From NCBI GenBank assembly GCA_030390025.1, contig CM059425.1, positions 178,128,001 to 178,192,000 on the forward strand: 64,000 nt of DNA. Direction: 5' to 3'. The stretch is from Squalus acanthias (Eukaryota). The position numbers were made by a program, and so were the translations under genes. Under the pieces are notes generated by a model, which was not told the DNA's origin, searched no databases, and saw only the letters and a program-made list of their open reading frames with translations. Shown here piece after piece: positions 1 to 12,297 of the stretch. Positions within the stretch are counted from its first letter, which is position 1; the number at the start of each line of letters is the position of its first letter.

Positions 1-935
1 GATCAGTAATTTCGTGGATGATACAAAAATTGGTAGGGTGGTAAATAGTGAGGAGGGTAGCCTCAGTCTGCAGGACGATATAGATGGGTTGGTCAGATGG
101 GCGGAACAGTGGCAAATGGAATTTAATCCGGAAAAGTGCGAGGTGATGCACTTTGGAGGGACTAACAAGGCAAGGGAATACACAATGAATGGTAAGACCC
201 TAGGCAAGACGGAGGGTCAGAGAGATCTTGGTGTGCAAGTACACAGATCCCTGAAGGCGGCGGAACAGGTGGATAAGGTGGTAAAAAAGGCATATGGGAT
301 ACTTGCATTCATTAGCCGAGGCATAGAGTATAAGAGCAAGGAGGTTATGATGGAGCTGTATAAAACACTGGTTAGGCCACATCTGGAATACTGTGTGCAG
401 TTCTGGTCGCCACACTACAGGAAGGATGTGATCGCTTTGGAGAGGGTGCAGAGGAGATTCACCAGAATGTTACCCGGGCTGGAGTGCTTCAGCTATGAAG
501 AGAGACTGGGCAGATTGGGTTTGTTTTCCTTGGAGCAGAGGAGGCTGAGGGGGGACATGATTGAGGTGTACAAAATTAGAGGGGCATAGATAGGATGGAT
601 ACTAAGGAGCTTTTTCCCTTAGTAGAGGGGTCTATAACAAGGGGGCATAGATTCAAGGTAAAGGGCGGGAGGTTTAGAAGGGATTTGAGAAAGAACTTTT
701 TCACCCAGAGGGTGGTTGGAATCTGGAACTCACTGCCTGAAAGGGTTGTGGAGGCAGGAACCCTCACAACATTCAAGAAGCATTTGGATGAGCACTTGAA
801 ATGCCATAGCATACAAGGCTACGGACCAAATGCTGGAATATGGGATTAGATTAGACAGGGCTTGATGGCCGGCGCGGACACGATGGGCCGAAGGGCCTCT
901 ATCCGTGCTGTATAACTCTATGACTCTATGACTCT
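1..935 (+). mobile_element. CR1-type LINE 3' end
   Basis: RT C-terminal ORFs 14-589 and 595-849 (LVRPHLEYCVQFWSP), CR1 3' UTR and (tatgactc)n tail. Confidence 0.9.
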
Positions 936-939
936 AGTG

Positions 940-1430
940 TAGATGCAATTGGATGATGCCAGGGGTGGGAAACAATTGCTATGAAAGAAAGAAATAACTT
1001 GCATTTATATAGCGCCCTTCATGACTTCAGGACATCCTAAAGCACTAGGATCATTTCCACTGCAACAGAGAAGACTAGGAGGAGATTTAATAAAGGTTTT
1101 TTAAATTATGAAGGATTTTTATAGGCTGAATAGGGAAAGAATTTCTTCTAGTTGGGGAGTTATTGATCAGGGGTAATCAATTCAAAATTGTCAGAAAGAG
1201 AGTGAAGAGAAAGATTAGAAGAAATGTCTTTAACTCAGGGAAAGGTTGAGGCAGAAACCATTGCATCTCTTGAAGAAAAGGTGGTTAAATATGTAATGCA
1301 GAGGAAGATGCGGGACTATCGGGGAGTGTGCAAAGCAGTGGGGTTAGTTTCGGATCATTCCAGCAAAGAGTTGGCACTGGCATGATGGGCTGAATGGCCT
1401 GTTGTGCTGTAAACTTCTATGGTTCTATGG
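940..1430 (+). mobile_element. Old CR1 3' fragment containing a minus-strand L2/SINE-type tail (about 996-1045)
   Basis: Degenerate CR1 3' UTR (gatgggctgaatggcct...ttctatggttctatg); aacttgcatttatatagcgcc is the reverse of an L2-derived tail. Confidence 0.55.
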
Positions 1431-2559
1431 TAGGATCCACAGAGAAGGGAAAGGGGGGTGACAACTAGAGAAAGGGAGATGGGGGCAGCCACCAAAGGGG
1501 AGCCAGCTATAGAAGGGGTGGGTAGATATGGGCAACCACACAGGTGGGTGAAGGGCAGTCAGAGAGAAGTATAGGGGCCAACCAATGAGTGCGAGATGGG
1601 GGTAAGTAGGAGAAGGGAAATAGAAAGCATAAAGCAGTGAGGGGCATCAGGCAGATAGGGAGAGATAGTGGTAGGGATTATAAATCGGTTACCTGGAATG
1701 GTAGTGGTCAGTGGAGATAGGAGAATAGGGGAGGAATTTGTTTTTGTTTTAGTGACGCTCTCTCTATTTGTTTCTTTTTACTGCCATTTGTAGTGTTTGT
1801 ATTGTTAACTACAGCTCTACTGGTTCACATTTCACTCTCATATTTCTCTTTCTTTTAGTTTTACTCCCACTCTGGCATTTGTTTGTATTTTTCAGTTCAA
1901 CTACTGGCTTTTATTTTTTAACTACTATGCTTCTCCTTTTAGGCCCTACTCCTGATTTTCTGCTTTTATAATTAAAAAAATCTACACACTGTGAAACCTC
2001 TCAAGCCTCTCAAGTGCTTATAAAATTATAATTTTCAGTTTTCCTCATTATTTGTTCCCTCACAATTCTCTCAGTTGTAATTGCCCTCACTCCTCATTTT
2101 GTGCTTAGACCTCATCCCACAAACCTCTTCTGTGCTTACCACGTACCACCACCAAATCCTTAACTTTCCTTCTCAAATTTTTCAGCAATTCCCTTTCCAA
2201 ACCTCTACATTAATATAAAAAACTTTTAATATACAATTTTGTTCCAAACATTCAATTGTTAACATTGATCTATTATATATAAAAAATGGTAGGTGGGTCA
2301 CAACATCCCATTTCAAAATGCACTGAAATCACCTATGTCAACTGACCCTTATGGGACTTTTCCATTATATTTACCTGCAATACATGTTATGCCTGTAGAT
2401 AGCGCTGTTCTAGGGATTTTCTGTCTATGTATTCTGTATGGTGCAGCATCTGCACCTCCTGCCACCCCAGTTCATCCGCTGGTGTGCATTGTTTTATTTC
2501 AGAATGGATTTGGTGAAGAAATTATAAGATCTATGTTTTGTATGTGTGTGTGTACATGC

Positions 2560-2832
2560 AGGAGCATGCCTAAATATAATATATATATAATTATCTATGA
2601 TACCTCCTTAATTCGTTTGTTGATGCAAAAAATTAGAAATAATTATGTATTAAATCTCTCCTTAATTCTTGGCATATACTAATCCTGTATTTTTATATAT
2701 ATATATATATATATATAATATATTTATGATACTTACATGTTCTGTTCTTCGTTTTATTAAAAAAATTGTATTTATATTTTCATTTTTATTAATTATCAAT
2801 TGCTAGAGATAGATATATCTTATATGTATATG
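2560..2832. repeat. AT-rich low-complexity region with (TA)n
   Basis: (ta)n run near 2694-2722 inside a very AT-rich tract. Confidence 0.75.
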
Positions 2833-2835
2833 TCT

Positions 2836-3974
2836 AAGGCAGAGTGGTTTTAATGGGGGATTTTAACTTTCATATAAATTGGGATAAGCAGACTAGCACC
2901 TGTCAGAAAGATAGTGAATTTCTTGAGTGTGTCCGGAATAGTTTTCTACAACAATATGTCTTGGAGGCAACAAGGGCGCATGCCATATTAGATTTAGTAA
3001 TGAGTAATGAGCCAGATTTAATTAACAGCCTAACTGTGCATGAACATTTATCTAGTAGCGATCATAACATGATCGAGTTCAATGGAGCGTTTGAAAGGGA
3101 GAAACGCGAAACAGCTACTGAGATTCTAGATTTGGGTACGGCCGACTTCAAAGGGATGAGACAGAGACTGTTCACAGTAAACTGAGCAAATCTGTTAATG
3201 GGTAAAACAGCAGAAGATCAATGGGAGATGTTCAAAAAAGAATTTAAGGTGATACAGAACCAGTTTATACCCCTGAGGGGCAAGAGCTCTACTTACCAAA
3301 ATAAACAGCCATGGACGACTAAAGAGGTAAGGGACAGCATAAAACTAAAGAAAAAGCATACAGGTACATAGATTATTAAAATGTCATGAACAGGTACAGA
3401 AAATAATCAAAAAGGCTAATGGAATGCTGGCCTTTATATCTAGGAGACTAGAATACAAGGGGGTAGAAGTTATGCTACAGCTATACAAAACCCTGGTTAG
3501 ACCACACCTGGAGTACTGTGAGCAGATCTGGGCACCACACCTTAGGAAGGGACTGCAGCGTAGGTTTACCAGAATGATACCCGGACTTCAAGGGTTAAGT
3601 TAGGAGGAGAGATTACACAAATTAGGGTTGTATTCCCTAGAATTTAGAAGGTTAAGGGGTGATCTGATTGAACTTTTCAAGATATTATGGGGAACAGATA
3701 GGGTAGATAGAGAGAAACTATTTCCACTGGTTGGGGATTCTAGGACTAGGGGGCATAGTCTAAAAATTAGAGCCAGACCTATCAGGAGTGAAATTAGGAA
3801 ACACTTCTACATACAAAGGGTGGTAGAAGTTTGGAACTCTCTTCCGCAAACGGCAATTGATGCTAGATCAATTGTTCATTTTTAATCGGAGATTGATAGC
3901 TTTCTGTTAACCAAAGATATTAAGGGATATGGGCCAAAGGCAGGTATATGGAGTTAGATCACAGATCAGCCATG
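2836..3974 (+). mobile_element. CR1 fragment: endonuclease C-terminal part joined by an internal deletion to the ORF2 3' end
   Basis: MGDFN...SDHNMIEF APE motifs (2844-3185); RT tail ORF 3628-3885. Confidence 0.85.
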
Positions 3975-4134
3975 GAACTCCCTACCTAACAACACTGTGG
4001 GAGTACCTTCACCACATGGACTGCAGCGGTTCAAGAAGGTGGCTCACAACCACCTTCTCAAGGGCAACTAGGGATGGGCAATAAATGCTGGCCTTGCCAG
4101 CGACACCCAGATCCCATAAGCGAATTTAAAAAAA
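3975..4134 (+). mobile_element. 3' tail of second LINE family (family B)
   Basis: Matches the 3' ends of the minus-strand copies at about 34850, 44328 and 49877; has AATAAA and an A tail. Confidence 0.8.
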
Positions 4135-4895
4135 ATTAAAACCACTCTACCTTTGTTACACGCTTGTCTAATCTCTGCAATTATACAATCTAGCACTTCA
4201 CAGCTGCTACCAGGGGCCCTATACACAACTCCCACTACAGTCTTAAATCCTTTCCTATTTCTTAGTTCTACCCATAAAATCTTCACTGCCTGCTTACCTC
4301 TCGTTATATCCTCTCTTATCATTGAAGTGATTTCATCCTTAATCACTAAGGCTACTCCTCCTCCTCTGCTATTTTCCCTATCTTTCCTGTAGACCTTATA
4401 ACCTGGTATATTTAGTTCCCAGTCCTGACTGTCTTGCAGCCATGTCTCAGTAATGACTACCATGTCATACCCTCCAATTTGAATTTGCGTCTGCAGTTCA
4501 TTCAATGTATTCTTATACTCCGTGCATTTGTATAAAGAACGCTTAATTGGTCCACACACCCTAGCCTGTCCTTCAGCTCTAATCTTTTTCTCACTTGTTT
4601 CTTATTTCTCTCTCCTGGTTTAATCATTTTACATCTTTTAGTTTTCTCTCTACCTGTAGTGCCTAAAGCACAATTTCTGACTGTTACTCTACTCTCTTCC
4701 CTTTCGTTTGTTTTTGAACTACTATTTTTACTACAATTTCCACCTGAGCTCTCCCCTCCATTTACTAGTTTAAATTCCTTGTGACCTCCCTATTTATCTT
4801 TTCCGTTAGGACCCTGGTCCCAGACTGGTTCAGGTGGAGCCCATCCCAACAGTTCCTTCCTGTCCCAATACTGGTGCCAGTGCCCCATGAAATAG
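4135..4895 (-). mobile_element. CR1 fragment: ORF1 end and endonuclease N-terminal part
   Basis: ORF 4068-4559(-): ITETWL...YRKDR...GGGVAL...GVVYR. Confidence 0.85.
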
Positions 4896-5726
4896 AAATT
4901 TATAGTAACATAGGCCAGAATTTTAACTTGGAGGCGGGTAGGAAGTGGGCGGGGGGGGGGAGGGGGGTGGGGGGGGGCGGGCAGGGGAGGTGGGGGTGCA
5001 CTGGAATGCGTTTGGGAAACCCGGGAGAACAGATTTCCCTCAAGGCCTGCCGAATTTAAGGGCAGGCTTGGTTAGCATTTTGATTCTCTGTTTCCCACCT
5101 GCAACCTGCCAGATTGAGAGGCTGCCTGGCTGTCGGGCAGGTGGCAGAGAGAAGCAAGGAAGGGATCGGTGATAGGGGGGTGGGGGGGGTGGGGGTGGGT
5201 GTAGGAAGGCTGGGATCGTTGGAGGCCGGAGATTGGGGGGTGGGAGAATCTCGGGCCTCTGATCAAAGTAGATCAAAGTCCAGAAAGAACTTCCTAGGAG
5301 TTTTTGATTTCTTCATCTTTACTGTCTAAAAAGGCACGGCATCATGTCGTGAGTTCGCTGGCCACACGGACAGCAGTATATAACTTCAACATCACTAAGG
5401 TAATGATCAGGATTATACTTTGCAACAAGAGGGGTAGCTCAAGTACATTCCAAACCAAAAGAATATCATTAATATATTGGCCACAAGCAACACTAAGCAA
5501 ACATAGATGGAGAACAGGAAAGATGTGATTACACTAGAGAAGGTACAAAGGAGATTTACGAGGATGTTGCCAGGACTGGAGAATTTTAGCTATGGGAAAA
5601 GATTGGATAGGCTGGGGTTGTTTTCTTTGGAACAGAGGAGGCTGAGAGAAGACTTAATTGAGGTGTATAAAATTATGAGGAGCCTAGATAGAGTGGATAG
5701 GAAGGACCTATTTCCCTTAGCAGAGA

Positions 5727-5925
5727 TGCGGAGATGCCGGTGTTGGACTGGGGTGGACAAAAATGAGAAGTCGCACAACACCAGGTTATAGTCCAACAGT
5801 TTTATTTAAAATTACGAGCTTTCGGAGCTACTGTACCTCTACCTGACGAAGGAGCAGCAGCTCCGAAAGCTCGTAATTTTAAATAAAACTGTTGGACTAT
5901 AACCTGGTGTTGTGCGACTTCTCAT
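5727..5925 (+). mobile_element. Penelope-derived palindromic insertion (67-bp perfect arms) with a 12-bp TSD
   Basis: Arms 5763-5829 and 5859-5925 are exact reverse complements; CCTTAGCAGAGA is duplicated at 5715-5726 and 5926-5937. Confidence 0.8.
5840..5875 (+). ncRNA. Minimal type-I hammerhead ribozyme motif (Penelope type)
   Basis: tac-CTGACGA-A-GGAGC-agca-GCTCC-GAAA-GC-TC-gta: catalytic core, 5-bp helix II, palindromic AGCU helix III, 3-bp helix I. Confidence 0.7.
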
Positions 5926-6163
5926 CCTTAGCAGAGAGGTCAATAACCAGGGGGCATAGATTTAAAGTAACTGGTAGAAGAATTAGAGGGGAGTTGAGAA
6001 ATGTTTTCACCCAGGGGTTGGTGGGGGTCTGGAACTCACTGCTTGAAAGAGTGGTAGAGGCAAAAACCCTCATCGCATTTAAAAAGTACTTGGATATGCA
6101 CTTGAAGTGCCGTAACCTACAAGGCTACGGACCAAGAGCTGGAAAGTGGGATTAGGCTGGATG

Positions 6164-6300
6164 CAATGTTCCCTTTAAGCCGCTCGGCCGTGCAGCACTC
6201 TGCATCTCCCTCGCAGCCGGCTCACCGGCTTTTAAATAGGAAAAACCGCGCATGCGTGGTATTTTGAATGGGACGTGCAGCCCCTTAAAGGGGCCACGCA
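6164..6300. mobile_element. Truncated MITE, possibly hAT-like, in a CR1 3' UTR
   Basis: Starts CAATGTTCCCTTTAAG, is CpG-rich and interrupts the CR1; the right terminus was not seen. Confidence 0.4.
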
Positions 6301-6342
6301 GATGATGGGACAAATGGCCTCCTTCTGTGCTGTAAACTTCTA

Positions 6343-6504
<162 letters not shown>

Positions 6505-7220
6505 TTAAAAATAAATCCAGGCAAGGCTGCCAAGAGGGAGGGGGCGGGGGTAGGAAGGCCGGGATCGTCGGAGGCTGGAGACCGGGGCTTTGGGTAGGAC
6601 TGCCGGGATTGGAGCAGGCCAGAGATCGGGCGGTGGGGGGGGGTGGAGGGGGGAGGTGAGAAGGCCGGGATCAGAGGGGACTGGAGATTGGAGGCCGGAG
6701 TAGGGGTGGGGACCGGAGGCCTTGTGGGGGGAGATAGGAGGCCTGGGGGGGTGGGGAGGTCAGGGGGAGATCGGAAGGGTCACACGCCATTGATTTGGAC
6801 TCTGCCACCCCTATGTCAGCCCACCACTGCAATCCCCAATCCCACTGGCAGTAAATATAAACCTACAGGCGCAATGTTGCTGCACCACTTCACTCCCCCC
6901 CGCCCACTCCCCCAACAGGTAGATATGTTCAGGCTGTTGATTGGGAATTCTGGCCTCCTTGAGACCTCCCGCGATGCGCACTGCACTGTGAGCAAAATAT
7001 TGACCATCCACTGTGTGTATTCTTCCTAAGGAAGAGTTTGGGCAGGTATTGATCTAGAAGCTCCTTGAGCGACGTGGCCCACCTCATTGCCCAGCACCAG
7101 ATCCAGCAATGCCTCCTTCCTAGTTGGGCCAAGAACATACTGGTCAAGGAAATTCTCCTGAACACACTTCAGAAATTCCTCCCCCTCCTTTCCCTTTATC
7201 CTAGCATTATCCCAATCAAT

Positions 7221-9267
7221 TACACCTCAACAAAGCCGGGACTAATATTCTCGCGGGGAGGTTAGCTAGTGCTGTTGGGGAGGATTTAAACTAGCTTGGC
7301 GGGGGATGGGCACCAGTATATAGGAGTAGAAATGAGGAATAAGCTGCATGAAAGAGTGAGTGTGTTGCATAGTACTAGAGAAGTGAAGATGAAAATAAGA
7401 TTAAAATAAGATTGGCAAAGAGAGAATATGAGAGTAGAATGGCGGTTAACATAAAAGGGAACACAAAAATCTTCTACCGGCATGTAAACAGTAAGCAGGT
7501 AGTAAGAGGCGGGGTGGGGCCTATTAGCGACAAAGAAGGTGTTATATGCTTAGAGGCGCAGGGCAAGGCTAGAATACTCAATGAGTACTTTGTATCGGTG
7601 TTTACTAAGGAGGTGGATGCTGACAAAATATCGGTAGCAGCGGAAGAGGTACAAGCAATGGAAAGGGTGAAAATTGATAGACAGGATGTACTAGAAAGGC
7701 TGCGTATGCTTAGAGTGGATAAGTCGCCTGGTCCAGATGGCTTGCATCCCAGGTTGCTAAGGGAATTGGGGGAGGAGATAGCGGAAGGGCTTTCCATAAT
7801 TTTCCAATCTTCCCTAGATGTGGGGGAGGTGCCTGAGGATTGGAAAGTGGCAAATGTGACACCATTGTTCATGAAAGGGTGTAAGGACAATCCCAGTAAC
7901 TACAGGCCGGTCAGTTTAACATCAGTGGTAAAGTTTTAGAAACAATAATCAAGAAAAAAAATTAACGGGCATTGGAGAGGTTAAAGCTAATTAAGGAGAG
8001 ACAACACGGATTTGTAAAAGACAGATCATGTTTGACTAATCTAATTGAATTTTTTGCTGAAGTAACAGGGAGGAGCGATGAAGGGAATGCAATGGATGTT
8101 GTCTACATGGATTTTAGGAAGGCGTTTGACAAAGTACCACATAGAAGGCTGGTTAACAAAATTGAGGCTCATGGAATAGATGGGTCAGTGGCAGCTTGGA
8201 TAAGGAATTGGCTTAAGGACAGAAAACAGCAAGTTGTGGTAAATGGCTGTTTTTCAGACTGGAGGATGGTAGACAGTGGTGTTCCCCAAGGGTCAGTGCT
8301 AGGACCACTGCTTTTTTTGATATATATAAATGACTTGGATATTGGAATACAGAGTAGAATTTCTAAATTTGCCAATGACCCCAAACTTGGGGGTGTGGCA
8401 AACAGTGAGGATGATACCAATCGACTGCAACAGGACATAGAAAGACTAGCAGAATGGACAGACAAGTGGCAGATGGAATTTAATACAGAGAAGTGTGAGC
8501 AGAAGGAACAGGGAGAGGCAATATACACTTAATGGCACAGTTTTAAAGAGCGTGCAGGGACAGAGGGACCTGGGAGTTAATGTGAATAGGTCCCTGAAGG
8601 TGGCGGGACATATTGAGAGAGTGGTTAGCAAAGCATATGGGATCTTGGGTTTCATAAATCAAGGTATTGACTTCAAAAGTAGAGAAGTTATGCTGAATCT
8701 TTATAAAGTGCTGGTTAGGCCACAACTGGAGTATTGCGTCCAGTTCTGGTCACCACACTTTAGGAAGGATGTGAAGGCCCTTGAGAGGGTGCAGAGGAAA
8801 TTTACCAGAATGGTTCCGGGGATGGGGGATCTTAGCTACAAGGACAGGTTGGAGAAGCTGGATTTGTTTTCATTAGAGCAAAGGAGGATGAGGGGTGATT
8901 TGCTAGAGGTGTACAAGATTATGACAGGTTTGGATAGGCTAGAAGGGGAAAGGCTGTTCCCACGAGTTGATGGTACAAGAACTAGAGGACACAGATATAA
9001 GGTTTTGGGCAGGAGATACAGGGGGATGTGAGGGAAAACTTTTTTTATGCAGTGAGTGGTGAGGACCTGGAACTTGCTGCCGACGGAAGTAGTGGAAGCG
9101 GACACACTCAATGTTTTCAAGGGGAGACTGGATAGGCACTTGAGGGAAATAAACTTGCAGGGCTACGGGGATAGAGCGGGGGATTGGGACTGACTCGATT
9201 GCTCTGCCGAGAGCCAGCATGGACTCAATGGGCCGAATGGCCTCCTTCTGTGTCGATATGACTCTAT
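7221..9267 (+). mobile_element. CR1 LINE with internal deletion (ORF1 end joined to RT region); small minus-strand endonuclease fragment just upstream (about 7030-7220)
   Basis: ORFs 7412-7939, 7972-8532, 8495-9031 (KSPGPDG, YRPVSLTS, GVPQGSVLGP) with frameshifts; 3' UTR and tail. Confidence 0.9.
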
Positions 9268-10102
9268 GGGGGAGAAATTCGGTATCGCCCCGTTTGGGGC
9301 GCAATTATCAGGCCGGGCGCAAAGTTTAGCCTCCGACTGCCATCTTGGTCTCTATCGCCCCTCGAGGTGATTTGAGCGCAAAATCAAGCGCTATACGCCT
9401 CTCTTAAGGCACTGGCGAAGCTCATGTGATGTCAGTTAGCAATGGAACACAGCCACACTGGCGCCGGCCAGTTCTTAAAGGGGAGGGTCGATCTTGCTCT
9501 CCAGCCACACTCTGCTCATTGCAGCCTTGAATCTCGGCCTGGAGAGACCTGTACATCAATTCTGCTGGAAAGAACAATGGAGAGGCCCAGGGAAAGAGCT
9601 CAGAGTGCAGCCCCCAAGTCTCTTCTAAATCGATGCGAGGAAGGTCAAATCAAAATGAACCTGCAAAGTGCTGCTCAGTACCCAAAACTCCTTCACACAG
9701 CATTGAATCTCTCCAGAAGTCTCTCTCTCTCAGAATGCGTGGTGCAAAAATGTGGCCGACAAAAAAAGGCAGGAAGCGGCCACCTTTAAATAGCGCTCCC
9801 CCAGTCCCTTCCCGACTGCAAAATGTTCCCCTCTACCTGTCGTTGCTAGCGGTAGGCGGAAAGGCAGGGGGCGGCACTCAATATCCGGTCCAGGGCACTA
9901 CCGGGGAGTTGCACGCTCGACTGACGTCACGATCTGCGGGCGCAGGAGATCGTGGCGGTAGTGTTTAGCACCGCAGCAAAATGTCTGGTCAATTTCGCGA
10001 GTGGTGCAAACATCACCGCGACCGGGCGTTAGTTGCTTTGCGCCCCTTTAGTGCCCTTTTAGGGCACTAACGGGAGGCGCTAATCAACCAAATTTTTCCC
10101 CC
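9268..10102 (+). mobile_element. PIF/Harbinger MITE family A, copy 1
   Basis: GGGGGAGAAATT...AATTTTTCCCCC termini; colinear with four other copies. Confidence 0.85.
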
Positions 10103-10113
10103 TGTGACTCTGT

Positions 10114-10844
10114 GGGGGAAAAATTGGGCTGCTTTGCGCCTCCCGTTAGTGCCCTAAGAGGGCGCTAACGGGGTGCAAAGCAACTAGCGCCCGGGCGCGG
10201 CACCGCCCCCGCCTTCTGCGAAATTCAGCGGGAGATTAACGGCGGCGCTAACCGGTAGCGCCCTGCGGCGCTGTGCCGGCTGCGATGACGTCATTGCAGT
10301 GCCCCAGCCGCAATCTTTGGGAGTGCCCCCTGACTTACCGCTGGACGCTATGTCCGACGGGGTCAGGGGGGCCTACCTGCTGCTGGGGAGGCGCTATTTA
10401 AAAGCAAGTTGCGGGGCAGCCATTTTTGTTGCTGGCCGCCTGCCAACACCTGCCTGCGCTCCCGTCCCCGGCCTCCTGAACAGCCCCCCTCCCCACCCCG
10501 CGGAGTGCCAGCTGCGCTCCAAGCGCCTGGCACTTCTCTTGAGTGCTGGGCTCTTTTGCCAGCACACCCGATACCCGGGGGCCTAGCTGGGCCCCGGGTC
10601 ACGCTGTGCAAGGCCCCTCCCCTTTAAGAAGGGGAGGAAGGCCTGCAATACCGCGGCGTGATGTCACGCTGTGGCATGTAGTGCCGTGATGTTGACTCGC
10701 AGCGCTCCAAGAGGGATGCGGGGCGCTTCCAGTAGCGCCCCGCTTCCCTCTTGGGGCGCGACCACTCAATTTCTGGCGTGGAGGCGAAAGTAGCGCCCTG
10801 GCGAAGTTAGCGCCCCAAATGGGGCCCTGCTCAATTTTTAGCCC
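10114..10844. mobile_element. Related PIF/Harbinger MITE with family A-like ends and a different interior
   Basis: GGGGGAAAAATTG...CAATTTTTAGCCC termini; many TAGCGCC subterminal motifs. Confidence 0.75.
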
Positions 10845-11819
10845 TATGACTCTATGTCAGCCTGCTGCCACACCCATGTTTCTCCCTCACAACTGTTGAT
10901 CATTTATGGTCTGCTTAAATGGAAATGGACGTTGAGCTGTCCCAGCCCCTCTTCCTCTCCCCTAGGAGGCCTTAATAGCAGCTGTATAATCTCAGAGGCT
11001 TCCAGCAGGGTAGTTTGTTGTATAAGCAGAGAGCAGTTTGCACAAGGATAGAGCTGCTCTCCTCCACCAAGTTAGATCTGTAGGCTGAGGGTGACAGGAA
11101 AGGACATTGGTCTGGCCCCTGGCTCTGGGCATTGGAACTTGCAGCCATAGCCCTCCCTCCCTTACTGACTTGGGGCCATTAGAATGGGGCACTGATAATT
11201 AATTCAATGCAATTAAATCATTGTCAATACTATCTCTTACTGAATTTTCTGTGAATGACATTTCCGCTGATTATTACTGAAAGGACAACTGAATATACAG
11301 ATGAAATAAAGGCAATGCTTACGGATAGGTAGGGCTTGATTCTAACCCCTCCCCCCGCACCCACCTGGGGTAAACCATGAGAAGTTTACATAGGCAAAAC
11401 CTATAAACAATGTGGACAAAGAAAATTATAATGGGAAAACATTGACACAAAAAGTGGGACAAAAACCTGAGAACAGGAAGCCAAGTGGTGCAGACAGGCC
11501 GAACGTGATGACATCAGATATTCAATAGGATATCGATAGATTTAAAAAAAATCAAAACATTATAAATAAAATAAGGACAAAATATGTGACCTTAAAATGG
11601 GGACTGAATTCTTTGTTGAATGATTTCCCATGCCCTCTAACCCCACCTCAAGTGAGGACCACAAATGATCTTGACTTAATGTATGCAAGGCCACAGGAGG
11701 TGCACTAATTACTAATTACGTTTGAAAGTACATTTATAGTATTGTAAATATTCAAAGGAAAACAGTAATAATCATTCAGGAAGTTAACCTCTCCTACCAT
11801 TTCATTATTTCTTTTTTAG

Positions 11820-11896
11820 CTCCTCATGGTTTATTCCTATTTTCTGGATGAAGAATGGATCTGCGCAACCACTTATCTGGCTTGAGAAAAAACATA
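11820..11896 (+). CDS. LVRN: M1 aminopeptidase (laeverin/aminopeptidase Q- or N-like), exon A, 77 nt
   Basis: ttttttag|C...CAT A|gtaagt; encodes SSWFIPIFWMKNGSAQPLIWLEKKH, resembling recalled laeverin WIVPILWIKNGTTQPLVWL. The symbol is tentative (ANPEP-like alternative). Confidence 0.85.
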
Positions 11897-12297
11897 GTAA
11901 GTACATTTATCGTACTTTTACTCCATCTTAGGGTAAAGCTGCACTTCATGCTCCCTGTGGAGTTAATTAGAAAATATTACCAATCTGGAAAATGCAACAA
12001 GATCACATTTAGTGAAACAAACTCGGGATAATTATCTGACTTCACGCTCCTGGTAATGAACTTCACCCACTGTCTGCGTTTATTGGAAATTCAGGCACAC
12101 ATTGCACATGCTCTTCTAACCAGTAATTCCCAATGTGCGATGCGAGCAAAGATTCCCCCGCCCCCAGGGAGTACGAGGTCCGAAAATTATCTCTTTACTC
12201 AAAGATTTCAGTAACATTTGGTTATTTTCCTTTAGTTACAAAATCAAGTTAATGGGAATACCTTCAAGAAAACTCATCAGTGTTGTGCAATTTGTGA

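Noticed and set aside
4945..5240. G-run tracts (also 6540-6780) as functional G-quadruplexes
   Set aside because: They are internal parts of a degenerate repeat family, with no evidence of function.
5763..5925. Hairpin as a canonical pre-miRNA or a TIR-type MITE
   Set aside because: The arms are not terminal on the left, the TSD is 12 bp, and the hammerhead core points to a Penelope origin.
9442..9789. Recurring 115-177 aa ORFs (MEH.H.G.GQFLKG...) at 9442, 14502, 27211-27744 and 52035 as a novel gene family
   Set aside because: They lie inside family A MITEs; frames and stops differ between copies and no domain is recognisable.
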